Shown here: positions 15,252-20,476 of the stretch, one piece after another
Layout: every line of letters begins with the position of its first letter
Numbering within the stretch: the stretch's first letter is position 1
Source of the DNA: Myxococcota bacterium
GTDB taxonomy: Bacteria; Myxococcota_A; UBA796; GCA-2862545
Assembly: GCA_039208735.1 (NCBI GenBank)
Contig: JBCCQY010000171.1
Span: 1-20,476, forward strand
Direction of reading: 5' to 3'
DNA: 20,476 nucleotides
The notes under the pieces: generated by a model
Told to the model about the DNA's origin: nothing
Seen by the model: the letters and a program-made list of their open reading frames with translations, nothing else
Database searches by the model: none
Program-made: the position numbers and the translations under genes

Positions 15252-15830
15252 ATGAGCACCTCTTTCGACCCTGCAGTCGCCCCTACCTCCCGAAGCTGGG
15301 AGCCTCTCGCAGAACAAGCGCTCCTCGAAGCTTGCCAATTCGGCGACATAGCCGCTCTCCAAAGGCTCCTCAGCGAAGGAGCGCAGGCAGACGCCATCGA
15401 TGCTCAGGGCTTCCGCCTACTCCACGTCGCAGCCACCTATGGGCACGTCGCGGTGATCGATGCCCTGCTCACCGCGGGGGCTTCCATCGATGCGCGAAGC
15501 GTGACCCCAGGTTGCTATGATGGCATACGCCCCCTGCATGCCGCAGTGTCAAATCGTCATTCCGAAGCTGTTGACTGCCTAATTTCGCGAGGAGCCAACC
15601 TTGAAGCGACGGACGACGCGGGATTCGCATCGCTGCACCTGGCCATCCTCCTTGGTGCACGAGGCATTGTGAAGTCCTTGTTACGGGCCGGGGCCAACCC
15701 GCATCGGGAAGTCGCCGATGCTTCGCCACTGCAGTTGGCCCGGCGGTATGGCGACCCGGTTCTTGTGGGCTTGCTCCGCCAGTGCACCCATGTCGGGTGG
15801 CTACCGCCCGCGCGTACTACAGTGGGCTGA
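15252..15830 (+). CDS. Ankyrin-repeat protein
   Basis: Repeats 'GFRLLHVAATYGHVAVIDALLTAGA', 'GIRPLHAAVSNRHSEAVDCLISRGAN', 'GFASLHLAILLGARGIVKSLLRAGAN' and 'SPLQLA'. Confidence 0.92.
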   Translation: MSTSFDPAVAPTSRSWEPLAEQALLEACQFGDIAALQRLLSEGAQADAIDAQGFRLLHVAATYGHVAVIDALLTAGASIDARSVTPGCYDGIRPLHAAVSNRHSEAVDCLISRGANLEATDDAGFASLHLAILLGARGIVKSLLRAGANPHREVADASPLQLARRYGDPVLVGLLRQCTHVGWLPPARTTVG

Positions 15831-17400
15831 CGTCGAGCAATTCGAGCCCCGGCGCTTCACTGAGGGCGTAATTGAGGGGCCATTCGCTTTGGCTTAGCAC
15901 CACGGGTTGCCCATAGCGGTCTTCGACCAACACATAGTCGGGGCGGTCCTTCAACCACGCAAGGCCTTCGTCCGACCCCGTCACCCAGCGCGCGACCGAG
16001 AATGGAGCCCCTTCAAGCTCGGCTTTCGTGTGGTACTCGTTCTCGAGCCGCACCTTGAGCACCTCGAACTGGAGCAACCCCACCGCACCAAGGTAGGGGT
16101 CGCTCTGGCCCAAACCCGGCCGGTAGAACAGCTGGATCGTGCCTTCTTGCGACAGCTGCCGTAGGCCGTTCGTGAGGTGCTTGCGTTTCGTGGGGTCCTT
16201 GAGGCGGATTCGCGCAAAGTGCTCGGGAGCGAACCTTGGAATGCCCTGGAATTCGACCCGGGGTCCCACGAACAGGGTGTCGCCCAACCGCAGTTCGCCG
16301 GGGTCGTAAAGGCCCACGATGTCGCCCGGAGAGGCATCCTCCACGATCGAACGCTCCGAAGCCATGAAGGTGTGGGGCTTCGACAGACGCAGCGACTTGC
16401 CCGTGCGCGCGACCGTCACCTCGATGCCACGCTCAAACGTGCCGCTCACGACGCGCATGAACGCGATTCGGTCGCGGTGACGCGGGTTCATGTTTGCCTG
16501 GATCTTAAAGATGAAACCCGAGAACGCTTCATCCATCGGGGCGCGTTCTCCGGCCACGGTGGGCCGGGGCACGGGAGGCGGCGCAAGGCTTGCCAACGCA
16601 TTGAGCACCTGGCCTACACCGAAGTTCGTCATCGCTGAACCGAAGAAAAACGGCGTGATCTCTCCGGCGAGGTAGCGCTCGAGCGAAAAGGCATCCCCCG
16701 CCTCTGCCACCAGCTCGAGATTCTCCTGTAGCTCTTCGAACCGATGCTCCCCGATCCGTTCGACCACACGAGGATCGTCGAGGTCGCACTCCAACTCGGG
16801 CAAGACCTCGGTGCCGGCGGCTTGCCGTTCATACAGCACGACCTTGTTCCGCACCCGATCGTAGACGCCCTTGAAGTCTCGACCATCGCCGATCGGCCAG
16901 TTCAGCGCCGCAGTCGCAATGTCGAGCTTCTCGGACACCTGGTCCATCAATTCGAGGGGATCGAGCCCAGGTCTATCGAGCTTGTTCACGAACGTCATGA
17001 CCGGAAGCTTGCGCAGCCGACAGACCTCAAAGAGCTTGAGCGTCCGGGGCTCGACGCCCTTCGCGTTGTCGATCAGCATGATGGCGGAGTCCACCGCGGC
17101 AAGCACCCGGTAGGTGTCCTCGGAAAAGTCGGCGTGACCAGGGGTATCCAACAGGTTGAACCGCTTGTCATCGAAGTCGAACTGCAGCACCGAGCTGGTG
17201 ATGGAGATGCCCTTCTCCTTTTCCATCTCCATCCAGTCCGACAGCGCATGACGAGCGGCTTTGCGCGACTTGACGGCCCCTGCGGTGTGGACCGCGCCCC
17301 CATACAGCAACAGCTTCTCGGTAAGCGTGGTCTTGCCTGCGTCGGGGTGGCTGATAATCGCGAAGGTGCGCCGCCGCGCAACCTCCTCTGCCCGATCCAT
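15817..17400 (-). CDS. prfC: Peptide chain release factor 3
   Basis: 'RRRTFAIISHPDAGKTTLTEKLLLYGGA', 'SDWMEMEKEKGISITSSV', 'LLDTPGHADFSEDTYR', 'NKLDR', 'FKIQANMNPRHRDRIAF'. GGAGGAG RBS before the ATG at 17400. 527 aa. Confidence 0.98.
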   Translation of the reverse strand: MDRAEEVARRRTFAIISHPDAGKTTLTEKLLLYGGAVHTAGAVKSRKAARHALSDWMEMEKEKGISITSSVLQFDFDDKRFNLLDTPGHADFSEDTYRVLAAVDSAIMLIDNAKGVEPRTLKLFEVCRLRKLPVMTFVNKLDRPGLDPLELMDQVSEKLDIATAALNWPIGDGRDFKGVYDRVRNKVVLYERQAAGTEVLPELECDLDDPRVVERIGEHRFEELQENLELVAEAGDAFSLERYLAGEITPFFFGSAMTNFGVGQVLNALASLAPPPVPRPTVAGERAPMDEAFSGFIFKIQANMNPRHRDRIAFMRVVSGTFERGIEVTVARTGKSLRLSKPHTFMASERSIVEDASPGDIVGLYDPGELRLGDTLFVGPRVEFQGIPRFAPEHFARIRLKDPTKRKHLTNGLRQLSQEGTIQLFYRPGLGQSDPYLGAVGLLQFEVLKVRLENEYHTKAELEGAPFSVARWVTGSDEGLAWLKDRPDYVLVEDRYGQPVVLSQSEWPLNYALSEAPGLELLDVSPL

Positions 17401-17478
17401 GTCTCCTCCGCGTGGCGGACCTGTAACGCCCGTGTGGGCAAGGGTAAGGCGCGAGAGCACGAGGTCAACGAGGAGACC

Positions 17479-19152
17479 ATGGACGACACCCCCCGCTTCC
17501 ATACCGACCGGCCACTCGCCTTCGGAACCGTCCAGGCCGTGGGGCTTGGCGCGGTCGCCGGTGCCCTCGAAGCCGCGGTACTCGCGAGCACCCTGAAGCT
17601 CCCCCTGTCGGCCGGAGGCTTCTTCGTACTTGGGGTCGTCGATGTGCTGGTCATGGCCGGATTCGCCTTGGCCGTAGCGGGGCTTGTGGGCGCGGGGTGG
17701 TTCGCCCGCCCCAGCGCCCAAGCCGCCGATGCCGACCCCGTGATCGGCTGGGCCTGGCAGGCTGCGATCACCACCTTGGCCCTGACAGGCTGGTACTTGG
17801 GGTTCGAAGCGGCTGAACGCATTGGCCGAGGGGATCCGATCCCCGGCGCCTTGGCCCTCGCGGCGATGCCGATCGGGTTCGCGGGTCTGGCGTACTACAA
17901 CGCTCGCTTCTGGTTCCGATGGGTCGAGCGCAGCCACCAACCTTGGGGCTGGCCCATCTTGGCTTGGGTGGGCAGTGCAGGTCTCGTCATCGCGTCGACG
18001 ATTGGCTTTGCGAGCCGAGACACGGGAGGCCGGGCCGGGTTTGAAGACGATCTGAGTGCTGTGATCATCACGGTCGACGGCCTCGGGCCGGACGCCCTCG
18101 AGCAGGCTCCCATTCTCGATGGACTGGCGCTGCGGGAGTCTGGCATCGCCTTCGTAGATGGCGTCACCCCCACGCCGGAAACCCGTTCCGCCAACGCCAC
18201 GGTGCTCACGGGACTCCATCCCTTGCGCCATCAGGTCTTCACGGACGCCCAGGTGCTCTCGCCCCGATACCCCACGCTGTTTTCGGTCGTTCGACAGGAA
18301 GGATGGCGGACCGCGGGCTTCGTAAGCAGTGAAGCGGCGGGGGCAGACTCGCACATCGGTGACGACCTTCACCTGCTGGACGACGCGCTGACGCCGAGCG
18401 CCTGGCTTGGCTCGATCGACGTGTTGGGCCGCTTGCAGGCGGCATTGGGAAGTGGGGCGGTCCACCGCGACGCCGCGGCCACTGTGGCTCGCTTTACCGA
18501 GTGGCTCAGCCGCCAGGGCGACAGCCCGTTCGTGGCCTGGATCCACCTCGATGACCCCCTGCACAGCGCCCGGATAGGAGACGATCCCGCCGAAGCGATC
18601 GGGAACCTCGACGCCGCCATCGGAGCGGTGGTGGGCGCGCTCGAAGATCGGGAGGTGCGTCACCGGACCCTTCTCGTCGTGGCGGGGACCCACGGGGTGA
18701 CGACCACCACGCCCCCGAACCGAACGCTGACCGAGCCTGTCGTGCGCGTCCCCATCGTCATCGACGCGCCCGGTCAGACGTTTGCCGTTCACCGTGTGGA
18801 GGCCCAAGTCCGGCTCCTCGACGTGGTGAACACGGTGAGCGAGTGGCTCGAACTGCCGCCCATCGACACGAGCGAGGGCATCAGCCTCCTGGACTATGCG
18901 ACGGGGAACCGGAAACGTCCCATGTCGTGTGCGCTCGTCGGGCGAGCCGAAGACGGGCGCTGGCTGCTCGGACTGCGCAACAATGGGGTCAAGTACTGGG
19001 CAGATGCCGAGGGCGACAAGCGCCTCTACCTGCTGCCGGATGACCCAACCGAGACCACCGATCTGGCGGCAGCTCAACCCGAAGTCGTGCAGCAGGCAGA
19101 GCGCATCCTGGTCATCGAACGGACGGCGATGACCCGTCTGCTGTGGCGCTGA
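17479..19152 (+). CDS. Membrane-anchored sulfatase-like (alkaline phosphatase superfamily) protein with degenerate catalytic motifs
   Basis: GAGGAG RBS. About five N-terminal transmembrane helices, then 'VIITVDGL', 'TVLTGLHPLRH', 'GWRTAGFVS', 'FVAWIHLDDP', 'VRVPIVI' and 'QVRLLDVVNT'. Confidence 0.85.
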   Translation: MDDTPRFHTDRPLAFGTVQAVGLGAVAGALEAAVLASTLKLPLSAGGFFVLGVVDVLVMAGFALAVAGLVGAGWFARPSAQAADADPVIGWAWQAAITTLALTGWYLGFEAAERIGRGDPIPGALALAAMPIGFAGLAYYNARFWFRWVERSHQPWGWPILAWVGSAGLVIASTIGFASRDTGGRAGFEDDLSAVIITVDGLGPDALEQAPILDGLALRESGIAFVDGVTPTPETRSANATVLTGLHPLRHQVFTDAQVLSPRYPTLFSVVRQEGWRTAGFVSSEAAGADSHIGDDLHLLDDALTPSAWLGSIDVLGRLQAALGSGAVHRDAAATVARFTEWLSRQGDSPFVAWIHLDDPLHSARIGDDPAEAIGNLDAAIGAVVGALEDREVRHRTLLVVAGTHGVTTTTPPNRTLTEPVVRVPIVIDAPGQTFAVHRVEAQVRLLDVVNTVSEWLELPPIDTSEGISLLDYATGNRKRPMSCALVGRAEDGRWLLGLRNNGVKYWADAEGDKRLYLLPDDPTETTDLAAAQPEVVQQAERILVIERTAMTRLLWR

Positions 19153-20327
19153 TGAAGACCGTCACCGTCTCGGCCCTGGTGAGCCAACTCGACCGGTTGA
19201 TGGCGCGGGCGTTTCCGCGTGTCGCGGTGGAGGGTGAGCTTTCGCAGCTGTCGACTCCGATGTCGGGGCACGCCTACCTCACCCTTCGTCACGGCGAGGC
19301 CGTCCTGCCCTGCGTGGTGTGGAAGAGCGAGTGGGCGCGTACCCCCAAGAAGCCCAAGGTAGGCGACCGCATCGTGGCGATGGGTCGACTCGGCATCTAC
19401 ACGACCCAAGGCAAGTACCAGCTCTATGCGAACCGCATCGAACCGGCCGGCCAGGGCGAACACGAGCGAAAGCTCCAGGCGATCCGTGCCCGATTGGAGC
19501 GCGATGGGCTCACCGATCCCCGCCGCAAACGTCCCTTGCCCCGGTTTCCCTCGATCGTCGGGCTCGCCACGTCGCCCACGGGGGCAGCGCTACAAGATTT
19601 CCTCGCCGTCTCTGCAGAGCGCTGGCCCGCCACCCGCATTCACCTCGCGGGCTGTAAGGTGCAAGGTCCCGAAGCGGCCGCCAGCGTCGTGCTCGCCCTC
19701 GAGACGTTGTTCGAGGACGGTCGCGCCGACGTCATCGTGGTCACGCGAGGCGGCGGTTCAAAAGATGACTTACTTCCGTTCCAAGATGAACAGTTAGCCA
19801 GGTTCATCGCCAGTAGTCCCATCCCCATGGTCAGTGCGGTGGGCCACGAGATCGACACAACGATGGCGGATTTGACGGCCGACGCGGTTGCCCCCACGCC
19901 ATCGGCCGCCGCGGCCCTCGTGCTGCCGGACTGTCGAACCTTCACCCAGCGCATCGATGATGCGACCCTGGCCCTCGCAGGGCGTTGGGAGCGGCTTGTG
20001 GGGCAAGCGCGGCGCCGGGTCACGGATCTCACCCGTCGACTGAAGCATCCTGCACGCCAGGTCGAGGCTGCACGAAACCGGCACCGCGACCTGACCGAGC
20101 GGCTCGATCGAGCCATCCAACGGCGAGTGACCCGCAGCACCGAACGCCTGCAGGCCCAACGGGACCGCCTGGTCGCGCTTTCCCCAACCGCCGTGCTCGC
20201 TCGAGGCTACGCCATCGCCCACGGGCCCAACGGCGTGCTGCGCTCGGTCGAGGATGTCGCCCCAGGAGCGAACATCGAAATCCAGCTTTCCGATGGGCGA
20301 CTCCCTGCAACGGTGTCGGAGGACTGA
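19152..20327 (+). CDS. xseA: Exodeoxyribonuclease VII large subunit
   Basis: TGATG coupling with the upstream stop. 'VEGELS...SGHAYLTL', 'TSPTGAALQD', 'VTRGGGSKDDL', 'SAVGHEIDTT', 'APTPSAAA', 'LSPTAVLARGYAI'. Confidence 0.97.
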   Translation: MKTVTVSALVSQLDRLMARAFPRVAVEGELSQLSTPMSGHAYLTLRHGEAVLPCVVWKSEWARTPKKPKVGDRIVAMGRLGIYTTQGKYQLYANRIEPAGQGEHERKLQAIRARLERDGLTDPRRKRPLPRFPSIVGLATSPTGAALQDFLAVSAERWPATRIHLAGCKVQGPEAAASVVLALETLFEDGRADVIVVTRGGGSKDDLLPFQDEQLARFIASSPIPMVSAVGHEIDTTMADLTADAVAPTPSAAAALVLPDCRTFTQRIDDATLALAGRWERLVGQARRRVTDLTRRLKHPARQVEAARNRHRDLTERLDRAIQRRVTRSTERLQAQRDRLVALSPTAVLARGYAIAHGPNGVLRSVEDVAPGANIEIQLSDGRLPATVSED

Positions 20328-20413
20328 CAACTTCGCACGGACGGTCAAGCGCGCAGGGCCGGACGGCTTCTACGGTTCAAGGGTGCTCAACCACCGAGCC
20401 GATGGGAGGCTGA

Positions 20414-20476
20414 ATGGACCACCGTGACACTTGGGAACGCTACGCCAAAGCCTGGAAAGTGGCGACCGCAGAAGAA
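20414..20476 (+). CDS. Partial CDS (N-terminus only), possibly SnoaL/NTF2-like
   Basis: GGAGG at 20405-20409, then an ATG giving MDHRDTWERYAKAWKVATAEE, open to the window end. The 'Y..AW' first helix is reminiscent of SnoaL-like proteins. It does not resemble XseB. Confidence 0.5.
   Translation, partial: MDHRDTWERYAKAWKVATAEE

Noticed and set aside
16744..17478. N-terminal extension of the 802-aa sulfatase ORF
   Set aside because: It is antisense to prfC. The real start is ATG 17479, after GAGGAG.
17401..19077. Apparent 1086-aa RF3 fusion with a ~560-aa N-terminal extension
   Set aside because: The extension is the antisense shadow of the sulfatase-like gene, a common result of high-GC codon bias. 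prfC has a strong GGAGGAG RBS at ATG 17400 and a normal RF3 N-terminus.
20328..20476. Expected xseB downstream of xseA
   Set aside because: The downstream ORF does not resemble XseB. xseA and xseB are unlinked in many bacteria, so the absence is not remarkable.

Overview
GC-rich bacterial DNA. The gene repertoire and short hydrophobic signal peptides suggest Myxococcota-like, but that is inference. About 21 densely packed CDSs are present, and I saw no rRNA, tRNA, CRISPR or mobile element. Left (1-10184): a secreted beta-helix/GGA-repeat protein whose 3' end runs into a perfect 100-bp fold-back, probably an assembly or amplification chimera. It is followed by a loosely organised surface-polysaccharide locus: FkbM-type methyltransferase, WecC-like nucleotide-sugar dehydrogenase, DegT-family aminotransferase, CTP-dependent lipid/polyprenol kinase, FAM210/DUF1279-like membrane protein, O-antigen ligase/polymerase, WecG/TagA glycosyltransferase and heparinase II/III-like protein. 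Middle: Tat Rieske lipoprotein, SAM methyltransferase with a regulatory domain, and a Cys-rich lipoprotein. Right: ankyrin protein, prfC, a degenerate membrane sulfatase-like protein and xseA. The most interesting element is a compact four-gene minus-strand operon at 12900-14973: TPR protein A, a 61-aa secreted peptide ending in GFISNGL, an ECF-like sigma factor, and TPR protein B (a paralog of A) whose ribosome-binding site sits in a hairpin. Its layout resembles peptide-pheromone/TPR-receptor (RRNPP-like) signalling but with a sigma-factor output, a combination I do not recognise as described.
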